IMG/VR virus record: IMGVR_UViG_3300033487_000236
Span: 1 to 30,097 of that record
Origin: a virus
Lineage: Duplodnaviria; Caudoviricetes
Strand: one strand, 5' to 3'
Length of the DNA stretch: 30,097 nucleotides
Positions 8,895 through 19,309 of the stretch are shown here, one piece after another. The notes below the pieces were generated by a model, which saw nothing but the letters and a program-made list of their open reading frames with translations, did not search any database and was not told the DNA's origin. A program made the position numbers and the translations under genes. How positions within the stretch are numbered: position 1 is the stretch's first letter; each line of letters opens with the position of its first letter.

Positions 8895-10106
8895 ATGCCT
8901 ATCGGAGCCCATGTAATTCAACGTAACCCGAGCCCGCTCGAGTCCCTTCTCAACGGCCTGGGCGTCGGCATGAGCCGGGGATCGGAGAACGCTATGCAGA
9001 TGGCGCTCCGCCGAACAGAGAACAGAAGGAACATGGTGGGCCGGATCCTCGAGGGGGTCGCGGAGGGGTCGATCGAGCCGACGCTTTTCGCCACGCCTGA
9101 AATGCAGGAAATGGTGACGTATTACGAGCTCGATAAAGAACCTCAGATCGCCAAGCTGATCGCCCAGGGCAAGCAGATCGCCGGATCCCGGCCGCCGACG
9201 CCCGTGGAGCTGCCGAGTCGGAACCCCGCCGGCGGAAGCATCGTCAACGTCCCCCAATCGGAGTTTATGACTCCCCAGGAGGTCCTCAGAGAGAAGGAGA
9301 AGAAGGCCCTGGCCGCGGAGAACAGGAAATTCCAGGCCATCGAGCTCCCTCAACACATGGCCAAGACCGAGGCCACACAGCAAATAACCAAGCGGGTCGA
9401 GAAGCAATTCGAGGAGAAGCCGGAGGAGAGCGTCGATAAGATGCACCGGATGGCGGCCGAAGCCAAGCGGCTCGGTCTGAATCTCGAGGACCTGAGTTAC
9501 AAGGGGATGAACCTCCGGACGACCATCGAACAGCAAGAGAAGAACCGCCAATACTACAAGGAGGACGTCGGGAACGAGGTCAATTACGCCGAAGCCTACC
9601 GATCCGCGAACGACTACCGGACGCGGGCCGTCCGGACGATCGCTCAGATCAAGTATGGCGGTTCCGGAACGATGATGTCCATGATCGCCGGCGGGATCCT
9701 GGGGAATCTCGGGCTTGACGAGTCCGCCGTGACGGCCTCGCAGAACGCCCCGGATAACGACAAGCGGGTGGCGATCCTGGCCGCGGAGGTCAACCGAACG
9801 ATCGACGCCTACAATAAAGAGCTCAAGACCAAGGGGCGGGCCGCCAGGATGCCGAAGGACGCCATCGGCCTCGTTGAGAAGATCGACCTGAAGGCCCTTA
9901 ACCTCGAGGAGAATCCGGCGCCTACCTCGAGCTCCGAAACGAGGTCGGTCGTCCAGACGCCCGTGGGGAAGCGCAAGGCGTCGGCCCTGGCGATCGAAAC
10001 CATGGCTCAACAATTCATGGGGATGGGAGCGTTCAATTCCATCACGAAGAAACCTATGACCCTGGAGGAGGCAAGAGATATCGCCCGTAAAGAGCTCGAA
10101 AAATGA
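8895..10106 (+). CDS. Putative internal virion/DNA ejection protein 3
   Basis: N-terminal SPLESLLNGLGVGMSRG followed by charged helical sequence; GAGGT SD; lies between ejection-type genes. Confidence 0.6.
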   Translation: MPIGAHVIQRNPSPLESLLNGLGVGMSRGSENAMQMALRRTENRRNMVGRILEGVAEGSIEPTLFATPEMQEMVTYYELDKEPQIAKLIAQGKQIAGSRPPTPVELPSRNPAGGSIVNVPQSEFMTPQEVLREKEKKALAAENRKFQAIELPQHMAKTEATQQITKRVEKQFEEKPEESVDKMHRMAAEAKRLGLNLEDLSYKGMNLRTTIEQQEKNRQYYKEDVGNEVNYAEAYRSANDYRTRAVRTIAQIKYGGSGTMMSMIAGGILGNLGLDESAVTASQNAPDNDKRVAILAAEVNRTIDAYNKELKTKGRAARMPKDAIGLVEKIDLKALNLEENPAPTSSSETRSVVQTPVGKRKASALAIETMAQQFMGMGAFNSITKKPMTLEEARDIARKELEK

Positions 10107-13100
10107 GTATCCCTGAAGATCTCCTGAAAAAATACGGGTTCGAGGTCCCCAAGCCGCCGTCCCCGCCCGTGATGCCGCCGGCTCAAAGCCAGCCCATCAC
10201 CAACCCGGATCCGGAGCACCATGGCGTCGGGGAGCAGATGCTGTCACAAAAAGTGACCTATGTTTCCCAGGAAGAATACGACCGGATCATGGGGGAGCGG
10301 AAGGCCAGGGAGGAGGGGATCGCCGCGGATCAGGCCGAAACGGCGGCCTTCCGCCAGGAGCAGGAACGGCAGGAATCCATCCTGAGCAAGTATGGATACA
10401 CCCTATATCCGGTCCGGCCGACCCAACGGCCAGCCGTTCCTCCTGCGGCGGCAATCGTAGGCGCCGGGCCGGTTCCTATTTCTTCTGCCGAGCCCCAGGC
10501 CAGGGCCCCCCAGGGCCCGCTTGTGGGCCCGCCGCAACCGGCGTCCATGAGGGCTCAGACTCCCCAGGAGATCCAGTTTCAGGAATCATGGATGGGACCG
10601 GCCTTTGACAAGTTTCAGCAATCCCTGGTCAAGCGCCGGCTCGAGGATTACGAGTGGATGGGGATCTCCCAGGATCCCAAGGTGAATTACTACGCCCAAT
10701 TTGTCCTGCCTCGACTCCCGACTTATCTGATCTCTCCCTTTTATGGCGGCATCTACGAGGTGCTCCAGCAAGCCAAGAATATCACATTAACCCTAGCCAA
10801 GGGCACGGCTTATAATCCCCTGCTCTACAATCAGTTGATGCCCGAGCTCCTTCCTGAAGGAACGCCGTCCTGGATCCGGACGGCCGCCGAGATCGGAGAA
10901 ACCGCCGTAGATATGGTTGCAGCCGGGATAATCACCGGAAAGTTGAGCCAGAAACTTTTCGCCAAGAACATGGAAACCTTCTTCCAGAAAGCCGAAAAGA
11001 TGGGCTATCCGCGTGATCTCACGAACGCCATGATGAGGAAGCTCAGGGATAGCCGCAAAGCCTACACCGTTGTGGAAGAAGGCGTAACCAAGGTTGTAGT
11101 CCCGGAGAGGCGAACCCCCGAGCGGGAATTGATAACGGCCATCAAACTCAGAACCCAAAAGCTGCCGGAACCCCCGTTTGGGGAAATGAGGACGATCGTG
11201 GAACCGGCGGGGATGATCCCGCCGTCAGTCGGCGTCCCAAGACAAGCGCCGGCGCCAGGACCGGCGGCCGGGCCGGCGGCCCCTCCCGCGGCCGGGCCCG
11301 CGCCCAAGCCGAAGATCGTCACCCCTCCCCCGCCTCCGCCGTCCGCGGCGGCCGAGAGGGTTATCGGACCTCTCAACGTCCAGGTCGGGGATGTTGTCTA
11401 TCATCCGAAGTCGGGGAAGCCTCTCCAGGTCCTCGATACGTCGGATCCTTCCATGCTTCTCGTCCAGACCCAGGAGGGAGGGCAGATGCAGATCGGAAGG
11501 GGTGGAGTCGCCTACGGGAATACCCCGCCGACAGGCCCCGTCCCACCCGTGACGCCTCCTCAGCCGAATGAACCTCCAGCCGCACCGGCCGCTGAACCCG
11601 GCCAGGGTGAAGTTATCCCAAAATCCAGATACACAAGCATCCAGGAGGCGGTGGACGATTTTTGGGATAGCCGGAGCTCCGGCAACGAAGCCTATGAGAG
11701 CGCCGTGGAGCAGATCGCCAAAGAAATGTTCGATCTCCATCCAAGCGCGGAATTCCCTAGTGCTCCGCAAGAGGTGGTCGATTTCTTTGTGAACGAGGTC
11801 GAAAAGCGGGTCCAGAGAATTGTCGATCTTGAGAATTCCGGCATGGATTTCGTCGATGCCGTAGAGGCCGCGGGCAAAGAGGGAGCAGCTAAACAGGGGA
11901 AGGCCCCTGCCGGTCCCTCCCCCTCTGCCCAGGCCAGGATCGACGAGGACAAGGCCATAGCCGACGATGCCGATTGGTTCGTGTCCAAGGGTGAATTCTG
12001 GAATTTGCGGGAATTCCGGACGGCCGATTACCGGGTCGTGGACCAGGCCCGGCATCGCATGACCGCGGAGCAAAAGGTCAAGTGGCACCAGCAGATGATC
12101 GAGGAGCTCAAGAAGTGGCGGGTCAAGGATCCGACCGCGAAGGGCGCCGAAATGGGCCTCGAGGCCGCGATCAAGCGCCGGCGGGGAAATATCGACGCGC
12201 TAATAGGGAAGCCGATCGACGAAACCGCCTTGTATTGGGCTCAGATTATCTCTAATGAACATGAGAAGCCGAAGGTCTGGCGGATCGGCGGCCCGATGCC
12301 GGAGGAGCCTCCCGCTCCGGTGCCTGGCGAGGACATGAAGGAATCCGCGATAGCCGGTGTCGAGGACATGAAAAGGTTTCTCTTGGCGAAGCTCGTCGGC
12401 GTCCCCCAGGATAAAATCGACTACTGGCTTAGTCAAAATAAGGGCCAGGAGGATCTCCTCCAATACGCGAAGATCGCCTACGGCAACCGGAACATGATCG
12501 ACTACGCCGTAGGCAAGATAAAGGAGCAGATCAGGCTTTTCGGGAACGCCGAGGACGCCGCGGAGGATCCCGTGGAGGGAGGCGATGGCCCGCTCCCGGA
12601 TTGGCTGAAAAACAATATTGATATCCTTGCCGAACCCCTGGAGAAGTCCGGCGTGGCAGACAAGATAGAGGAGCTCTCCGCTCAACGCCTCACGGCTAAA
12701 CAAGTGGCCGAGAGATTGGGGGTGACAACCGATGAGGTCCGGGCCGTTCGGGTGAATAGGGGGATCCCGAGTCAAACCCTCGGCGGTCCGATGGGAGCTC
12801 AGACGAATAACCCTGAATTCGAGGTCTGGCTGAAGTCCAGGGGCGGTGCGGCGGCCGCGCCGGGCGGTGAGCCGACGCAGGACATGATAAACGCCGGACT
12901 ACGGAGATCCCTCCATAGCTTTGAGGGCGCCGAGGGACGATGGCAAAAAGCTATGGAAACAGGGTTGAGCGATGACCAGCTCAAGGAAATGATCGCCTAT
13001 GAATTCGGGGAATATGGCGGATCTTCTTTGCCGGACCCCTATTTTGGATTAGGTATTGGCTGGCACAAAGGAGGGAAGAATCCTGAAGCCTGGATTACAA

Positions 13101-16100
13101 TCGAAGGTGGGAAAAAGGTCGGCGTCCTCAAGGGGAAAGCCCTCTTAAAGGCCGTCCGTGAGCTCGCGGGGATCCCTCTACCAGGCCAGGGCAAGCCGCC
13201 CTCCCCACCGGAGGCCACGCCAGCCGCGGCCGGCGGCGCCCTAGCCGAAGGTCCACGGATCATAAAAAAAGACGGGAAATTTCACGTTATCGACGATAAC
13301 GGCGAGGTCCTTATAAGCGGGCCCACCAGAAAAAGTGTCGAGAATTTCGCCGCCGGGCTAAAAAGTGAAAGGGCCAGGATCGCGGCGGAGAAAGGCGCCA
13401 AGGCGACGGCCCCCTATGAGCTTACCCTCGAGGAGTTCCTGGCCGATCCCAGGGCGGCGACCTGGATGCGCGAGGAAGATATCTATCGGAACGCCGATCC
13501 GGACAAAGATAACCTCACGGAATTCTATCTTGACTCATTAAAGGGTGCTGTCGTCGAGCAGATCGGCATCCCTCGAGCGGTCGTTGAATCCAACGCCGAA
13601 TTCTTGAAAGGGGTCCTCGAGGACGAAACCTACTGGGTTGATATAGACAAGAGAAACGCGGAGGGTGAGGAGAAGGCGCCGTCGATCCGCGTTATCCAGA
13701 AAGCCGGTGAGCGGCCAAAGTCCTATGACTCCGTGGAGGAGGCCCTGAGCGACGGGCCCGCCAAGGCGAAAGCCGAGGTGGAACCCGATATCGAATACGT
13801 CCCGGCCGAGGGCGCCATGGAACACGCCGGGTCCGATGTGAGCGTCGAGGCCATGCGCCGGCCGTTCGATTTCTTCCTCTACGATCCTGGGCGGCGGAAG
13901 ATCATCCCCCTGGACAAGGTTTCCGGGGTGGACGTCCAGCCTGGGCCGACTCAATTCAAGTTCCAGCGCAACCGGATCACGGGGAAGATCGAACAGGTCG
14001 ATAAGGGCGAGAAGGCCAATTTCGGCGGAGATCCGAACGCGCCGATCAGGATTATCCAGGATATGTTCGCGGCGGAAACAGAAGGTGCAGTTGTCACGAC
14101 GAAAAAGCCCGCGGCGGCGGCCAAGACCAAAGCTCCCGCGCCTGAGCCCGAGGTTTCTGGAGATATCAATATCGGCAATCCTCAAGCCGTGGCCGACAAC
14201 ACTATGCTCCTGGCCTCGGCAAAGATCGGATCAGCGGTCCAGTTCCAGGGCGCAACCTGGGTGAAAAACAAGAAAGGGTGGTCGCTTTCCGGAAGCGGTA
14301 AAGAGGGGATGCCCTCACAGATGCTGGCCAGCCGGATCGCGCAGCTCGACAGGGATGCCGGAGGGACCCCTACCCCCGAGAAGATCCAGGAGCTCATTGA
14401 TTCCCACAATAAACTCGAACGTCCGCCCAAGACCGACACGGCATATTTCTTCCAGAAGCGCGATTGGGAAAATATCCTCACTACCTATGAGCGGTTCATC
14501 CAGGCGGATCCCCGGGCCCAGGCCCTCAAACTCACGCCGGAGGAGCTCCGCACGGTCGCCATGGATGTAGCGAATATGCACCTGAGCTCCGGCAAGCCTA
14601 GCGCCGACGCCGCCTTGACGGCTCAGTTGCAGATGCGGATCCCCGCGGCCAGGGGCACGGAGGTAAAGGAGCCGACCGCGACGGTTGCCGCGGAGGTCCC
14701 CGCGCCGGCCGCCAAAGAAGGGGAGGTCAAGGTTATCAAGGACGAGTCCCTCAACCTCACAAAACCTAAAGAGCAGAAGGAGTGGCTGGTCGAGAAGGTG
14801 GACCAGGCCATCAAGGAAGCTCCGGATCCTCTTGCGGAAACCCCCGATCCTAATGCTCCGGCGTTCATTGAATTCGATGTTCCCGGGGACGGGGAATTCA
14901 AGATCATCAACACCGAAACGGCGCTCCGGAATTTCAAGAAACTCGCCGCCGGTCTGAAAACGACACCGCCAGGGCCAAGCGGGAAATATGGCTTAGGGAT
15001 CCCGCCCAAGGCGTCCATGTCAGTCATGCCGGCCAGTAAGCTCCTCGAGCTGCTCCAGGAAGATATCAGCGCGGCGGATTTTGCGGCCCGGGAAAAAGCC
15101 ATGAAAGCGGGAGGCAAGCCGGAGGAGCCGATAACGGAAACCGGGAACGTGCTCCCGCCCGAGGCCGCGGACAAGGCCGGATCGCCCAAAGCCGGGTTTG
15201 TGTGGGAATATCTCGAGAAAAACCCCATGGCTATTTCTTCCATCAAGGACGGCTACCTCACAGACGGGCACATGGCGATCCTCGATCCCGAGGTATCAAA
15301 CCGCCTGTATCAGAAGTGGCGTGAGGGCTACCTGAAGAAAGCCGCCCGGGATTATGACCGCGACAGAAGAAACAACCTCGGAGGGACACCGCCGGGAGAG
15401 GTAGAGCGGCTCCTAGACGAGTCTATCGCTGAAGGGAAGATGGGAGATTCCGTAAGGAAGGTTATCCCCAAGAAGATCCCGAAAAGCGTGGGGGAGATCC
15501 AGGGTGTCGTCGGATCCGGGAGAACGGCCGCGGTTATCCTCACGGACGGCAAGATCCAGGTCCCGATCCAGGCCGACAAGTTCGCCCTCTTGAGGAAAGA
15601 ATTCCCGAACGCCGAATACCGGATCAGCGGCATAGATGAGGCGGTCATTGTCCTCGAGGGGAAAGACATAAAGGCCATCGTTATGCCGATGAAAACGGAT
15701 ATCCCGTTCGGTCCCAAGGAAGTGATCGGCGGGCCCAGGACGGCCAAGCCAACGGAGGCCGTGGCCGCCGAGGAGGAGGAGGCGCCGGAACAGGAGTCCA
15801 TGCCCAATATCAAGAAGGGAGAGGGCGCCAACGCCGGCCATGAGCTCGACAAGGAGCTCGATCGCCTGAAGGCGGTCCAGGAGGAGGAGTCCAAGGGCAA
15901 GGGCCCGAAGATCGGCCTCACGGTCCAGCAAGTAGGGACGGGCCCCACGGCTCAGACGCCGCCGCCTCCGCCAAAGGATTCATTCGTCGATCCGGATATC
16001 GGCGCGCGCTTTTCGGCTTCCGCGAAACCCCAGGTCGAGGGGCTCCCCGAGAGAGTCATGGAGAAGCTCCGCCAGGTCCGGAACATCCTCACCAGAACCT

Positions 16101-19100
16101 ATGAGCACCTCCCGCCCGGGGAGCGGTTCATCCTGGCCAGGCACCTCTTGAAAAAGCTCGAAAAGCAACAAGGGGTTGCGCTCGATAAGGCGGTCCGGAC
16201 GATCTACTACGGGATCACCAAGGGCCTGAAGGGCGAAAACTGGAAGCTGTTCGTTCACAAGGTCATTTTCGACGACCTGGCGTTCGATTTCCAGAAGGGA
16301 CTCCCCCTGCCCTACGGGCTCAACAAGGACAATTTCCCGGGTGAAAAGGCTCATATCGACGCCCTGGTGGCAGGGAATCCGTTCGTCGCCAGGCTGGTTG
16401 CCGAACGGCACCGAATTTGGGGCCCGCTCCGGGATGATTACATCTACTGGCATAACGCGATCGGACACGATATCTCGAAGAACCTCGAAAACCCCAATTA
16501 TTATCACCACATCATCCTCCAATACGAGGACGGCCGGATGATGGCCACGACCGGCCGCCGGCTGAGGACCCCGACATACAGCTCGATCCAGAGGAAGCGT
16601 GAGGGTGCCGAGGCCGAGATCCCCGAGAAGCTCCAGAAGGAATACGACGATCTCATCCAGAAGATCGCCACGCTCGACGGCGCGGCCAAGAAGCGGGCCC
16701 AGGCCAAGCTCCAGAAGCTCGAGGGCAAGATCGAGGGCTACCGGATGCACGACGTTTCGACGGATTACATATCCGCCGAGGTCGAGGCCATGTCACAGAT
16801 GATCTACGAGATCGAGGTCGCTAAGACCCTGGTCGATATCCGGAACGAATACGATATCCTGAATTCGCTCAAGGTTCAGGCCATGGCCATGAACAACGAA
16901 AACATCATGCCCTTCTTTCAGGCCATGGCCGACGCTCACAACGCCTCCCTGGCGGCGTCGGGGAAGGCGGGCAAGGCCAAGACGGCCGAGGATATGTATC
17001 GCCAGGTGCTCAACTGGAAACAGGCTGTCGGGATCGAGGACCTCGGTAGATTAGCCGCGATGGGAGAGCTGCCGGCTCCGCCGAACGGTGAATTCGACGA
17101 GCTCCTCGATGAAATGGGGGACAACTATCTGGAAAACCTGGAAACGAAGAAGCAGATGGGCGAGGAATACACCTCCGAATATGCCGCGCAACTCTCGCCT
17201 GAGCTGATGAAGGACTTTTTCCGGTATATCTCCTGGGTCATTAAGGAGCACGGGAAAAGCGAGGCGGGCGGGGCCGCGGCCATGATTTTCAAGGGGATCC
17301 GCCAGAAGAAGGAATTCATCAAGAAGGAGCTCGGGAAGGAATACCTGGAGTGGAGTGACATAATCCCGGAGAAATATGTCCCCTGGCGCCCGCGAGAGGG
17401 CAATATGTTCTTTTTCGCGGACACGCTTCCGGAGCGGCTCTCGAAGGAGATCCTGGACAAGGGGATCGCAACCGTCACCGATAAGGACGTCCGGAAGATG
17501 CTCGTCATGGGCGGCAAGCGACCGGCCTGGGTCATTCCGGAGGAGCTCGCGCAAACCCTCGATAACCTCCACCCGCCGAATCCTCATTGGCTCGACAAGG
17601 CTCTTATCAAGACCCTCAACGCCTGGAAGAAGTATATCCTCACCGCTCCGCAACGGCTCGGGAAATACAACCTCAGAAACCTTTCCGGGGACGCGGACGG
17701 CGTGATCGGAGGATATCCGAGCGCCATAGCCGAATCCCTCGGTTCGCTCCGCGACCTCATCGACGTTTTCATCTATAAGAAGCCCATGCCGAAGGACATG
17801 ATCCCCTGGTTCGAGCAGGGAGGCATGGAGAGCACTCTCCAGGTCCAGGAGCTCAAGGACGTTCGCCGCCTCACGCATTTCAAGGATCTCTACGAGGAAA
17901 GTATGACGGTCCCGGGCAAGGTTGGGGACGTCATTCACAAGTATTGGCGGACGGCCCGCCTGTCCACGGATTTCCGCGAGTCGATCTTGCGGCTGGCGGT
18001 TTACTACCGGGCCCTGAAGGATATGCGGGCGGACCAGGCCGCCGGCGGACCGGGCAAGCCGAAGTCCTGGGGCGCCTCGATCCCGGAGGAGATCATGGCG
18101 CTCCCGACGATCGAAATGCGGGCCTTCCGGATCTCGAACGAGCTCCTGGGAGCCTACGATGAGCTCTCCGTGTTCGGCCAGTTTTTCAGAACTCACGCCT
18201 ATCCGTTCTGGTCCTGGAGGGAGATCAACCTCAAGCGGTATCCCCGGTTCCTGAAGAACGCGATCCATGACGAGGGGGGAAGCCTGGCGGCCGGAGCGGC
18301 CAGGGTGACGAGGAACAAATTCAAGAGCCTCGGGATGAGATCTCCCCTAATCGCCTGGCGGATCGGCAAGCTCCTACTGAAAATGTCCGCGATTTGGGCC
18401 ATGGTTGCGGCCTGGAATGAGCTCAAGTATCCGGAGATCGAGGATGATCTTCCGCCCGATATCAAGAATATGCCGCATCTTAACCTCGGTTACGACAAGG
18501 AAGGGAATCCCATGGTATTCACCAGGCTCGGGGCCCTGGGCGATTTCCTGTCCATGTTTGGCCTGGACGAGGGGCCCGCGGTCATCAGCGATCTCTTGAA
18601 CAACAAGCGGACCCTGGCCGACGTAGGCGATAAGATGTGGCGGGCGCCGATCAACGAATTGGTGCAGGGCGCCTCCCCGATCCCGAAAGCATTATTCGAG
18701 GCCCTTATGCGGCGGGAATTTTATCCCGATGTTTTCAACCCGCGCATGATCCGCGACCGGGGATCCTTCTTTGCCCGGCAACTCGACATGGAGCAGGAAT
18801 ACAATATGCTGATGGGGAAGCCCCACCGGCCGTATAAGAGGCGCCTGGAAACGCTCCTCGCCTATAAGATCGACAAGAATCAGTCGGCCTACTACCGGAT
18901 CCAGGACCTCAAGGACGAGTTTCTCAAGAAGTCCGGGAAGGCGGCCGAGGGCTTCTGGCTCACGCCGAGGGGGAACGCCCTCTACAACGCCAAGCTGGCC
19001 TTGCGCTATGGGGATACTGATCTGGCTCGTAAATACACCCAAGCCTACCTGAAGTATTACGCCCTCGAGGCCGGGCAGACCGGGGAGGATCCTGAGAAGG

Positions 19101-19309
19101 CCGTGGCCAGGGGCCTCAAGTCCATGATCGAGTCCTACGCGAAGATGTTCCCGCTTGCCGGCATGAACCAGGGCGAGGTTGCCGCGTTCAAGCGATCGCT
19201 CTCGCCGGAGGATCGCAAGGTCCTCCTCCGGGCCGTCGAGTTCTACAACGAAACGATCCTGGGGATCCACCAGGGCGTTGAAGGAAAAGATATCAAATGG
19301 AAGAAGTGA
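10103..19309 (+). CDS. Giant (3068 aa) multidomain internal virion / large polyvalent protein
   Basis: Uninterrupted 9.2-kb ORF at the end of the ejection cluster; many small globular modules joined by Pro/Ala-rich linkers; helical C-terminal third (YPFWSW, HLNLGYDKEG, SPIPKALFEAL) reminiscent of LPD38-type regions. Confidence 0.8.
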   Translation: MSIPEDLLKKYGFEVPKPPSPPVMPPAQSQPITNPDPEHHGVGEQMLSQKVTYVSQEEYDRIMGERKAREEGIAADQAETAAFRQEQERQESILSKYGYTLYPVRPTQRPAVPPAAAIVGAGPVPISSAEPQARAPQGPLVGPPQPASMRAQTPQEIQFQESWMGPAFDKFQQSLVKRRLEDYEWMGISQDPKVNYYAQFVLPRLPTYLISPFYGGIYEVLQQAKNITLTLAKGTAYNPLLYNQLMPELLPEGTPSWIRTAAEIGETAVDMVAAGIITGKLSQKLFAKNMETFFQKAEKMGYPRDLTNAMMRKLRDSRKAYTVVEEGVTKVVVPERRTPERELITAIKLRTQKLPEPPFGEMRTIVEPAGMIPPSVGVPRQAPAPGPAAGPAAPPAAGPAPKPKIVTPPPPPPSAAAERVIGPLNVQVGDVVYHPKSGKPLQVLDTSDPSMLLVQTQEGGQMQIGRGGVAYGNTPPTGPVPPVTPPQPNEPPAAPAAEPGQGEVIPKSRYTSIQEAVDDFWDSRSSGNEAYESAVEQIAKEMFDLHPSAEFPSAPQEVVDFFVNEVEKRVQRIVDLENSGMDFVDAVEAAGKEGAAKQGKAPAGPSPSAQARIDEDKAIADDADWFVSKGEFWNLREFRTADYRVVDQARHRMTAEQKVKWHQQMIEELKKWRVKDPTAKGAEMGLEAAIKRRRGNIDALIGKPIDETALYWAQIISNEHEKPKVWRIGGPMPEEPPAPVPGEDMKESAIAGVEDMKRFLLAKLVGVPQDKIDYWLSQNKGQEDLLQYAKIAYGNRNMIDYAVGKIKEQIRLFGNAEDAAEDPVEGGDGPLPDWLKNNIDILAEPLEKSGVADKIEELSAQRLTAKQVAERLGVTTDEVRAVRVNRGIPSQTLGGPMGAQTNNPEFEVWLKSRGGAAAAPGGEPTQDMINAGLRRSLHSFEGAEGRWQKAMETGLSDDQLKEMIAYEFGEYGGSSLPDPYFGLGIGWHKGGKNPEAWITIEGGKKVGVLKGKALLKAVRELAGIPLPGQGKPPSPPEATPAAAGGALAEGPRIIKKDGKFHVIDDNGEVLISGPTRKSVENFAAGLKSERARIAAEKGAKATAPYELTLEEFLADPRAATWMREEDIYRNADPDKDNLTEFYLDSLKGAVVEQIGIPRAVVESNAEFLKGVLEDETYWVDIDKRNAEGEEKAPSIRVIQKAGERPKSYDSVEEALSDGPAKAKAEVEPDIEYVPAEGAMEHAGSDVSVEAMRRPFDFFLYDPGRRKIIPLDKVSGVDVQPGPTQFKFQRNRITGKIEQVDKGEKANFGGDPNAPIRIIQDMFAAETEGAVVTTKKPAAAAKTKAPAPEPEVSGDINIGNPQAVADNTMLLASAKIGSAVQFQGATWVKNKKGWSLSGSGKEGMPSQMLASRIAQLDRDAGGTPTPEKIQELIDSHNKLERPPKTDTAYFFQKRDWENILTTYERFIQADPRAQALKLTPEELRTVAMDVANMHLSSGKPSADAALTAQLQMRIPAARGTEVKEPTATVAAEVPAPAAKEGEVKVIKDESLNLTKPKEQKEWLVEKVDQAIKEAPDPLAETPDPNAPAFIEFDVPGDGEFKIINTETALRNFKKLAAGLKTTPPGPSGKYGLGIPPKASMSVMPASKLLELLQEDISAADFAAREKAMKAGGKPEEPITETGNVLPPEAADKAGSPKAGFVWEYLEKNPMAISSIKDGYLTDGHMAILDPEVSNRLYQKWREGYLKKAARDYDRDRRNNLGGTPPGEVERLLDESIAEGKMGDSVRKVIPKKIPKSVGEIQGVVGSGRTAAVILTDGKIQVPIQADKFALLRKEFPNAEYRISGIDEAVIVLEGKDIKAIVMPMKTDIPFGPKEVIGGPRTAKPTEAVAAEEEEAPEQESMPNIKKGEGANAGHELDKELDRLKAVQEEESKGKGPKIGLTVQQVGTGPTAQTPPPPPKDSFVDPDIGARFSASAKPQVEGLPERVMEKLRQVRNILTRTYEHLPPGERFILARHLLKKLEKQQGVALDKAVRTIYYGITKGLKGENWKLFVHKVIFDDLAFDFQKGLPLPYGLNKDNFPGEKAHIDALVAGNPFVARLVAERHRIWGPLRDDYIYWHNAIGHDISKNLENPNYYHHIILQYEDGRMMATTGRRLRTPTYSSIQRKREGAEAEIPEKLQKEYDDLIQKIATLDGAAKKRAQAKLQKLEGKIEGYRMHDVSTDYISAEVEAMSQMIYEIEVAKTLVDIRNEYDILNSLKVQAMAMNNENIMPFFQAMADAHNASLAASGKAGKAKTAEDMYRQVLNWKQAVGIEDLGRLAAMGELPAPPNGEFDELLDEMGDNYLENLETKKQMGEEYTSEYAAQLSPELMKDFFRYISWVIKEHGKSEAGGAAAMIFKGIRQKKEFIKKELGKEYLEWSDIIPEKYVPWRPREGNMFFFADTLPERLSKEILDKGIATVTDKDVRKMLVMGGKRPAWVIPEELAQTLDNLHPPNPHWLDKALIKTLNAWKKYILTAPQRLGKYNLRNLSGDADGVIGGYPSAIAESLGSLRDLIDVFIYKKPMPKDMIPWFEQGGMESTLQVQELKDVRRLTHFKDLYEESMTVPGKVGDVIHKYWRTARLSTDFRESILRLAVYYRALKDMRADQAAGGPGKPKSWGASIPEEIMALPTIEMRAFRISNELLGAYDELSVFGQFFRTHAYPFWSWREINLKRYPRFLKNAIHDEGGSLAAGAARVTRNKFKSLGMRSPLIAWRIGKLLLKMSAIWAMVAAWNELKYPEIEDDLPPDIKNMPHLNLGYDKEGNPMVFTRLGALGDFLSMFGLDEGPAVISDLLNNKRTLADVGDKMWRAPINELVQGASPIPKALFEALMRREFYPDVFNPRMIRDRGSFFARQLDMEQEYNMLMGKPHRPYKRRLETLLAYKIDKNQSAYYRIQDLKDEFLKKSGKAAEGFWLTPRGNALYNAKLALRYGDTDLARKYTQAYLKYYALEAGQTGEDPEKAVARGLKSMIESYAKMFPLAGMNQGEVAAFKRSLSPEDRKVLLRAVEFYNETILGIHQGVEGKDIKWKK

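Noticed and set aside
11220-11350. GC-rich short repeats (ccggcggccgggccggcggcc...)
   Set aside because: They encode the Pro/Ala linker PAPGPAAGPAAPPAAGP; no independent DNA-level function is evident.
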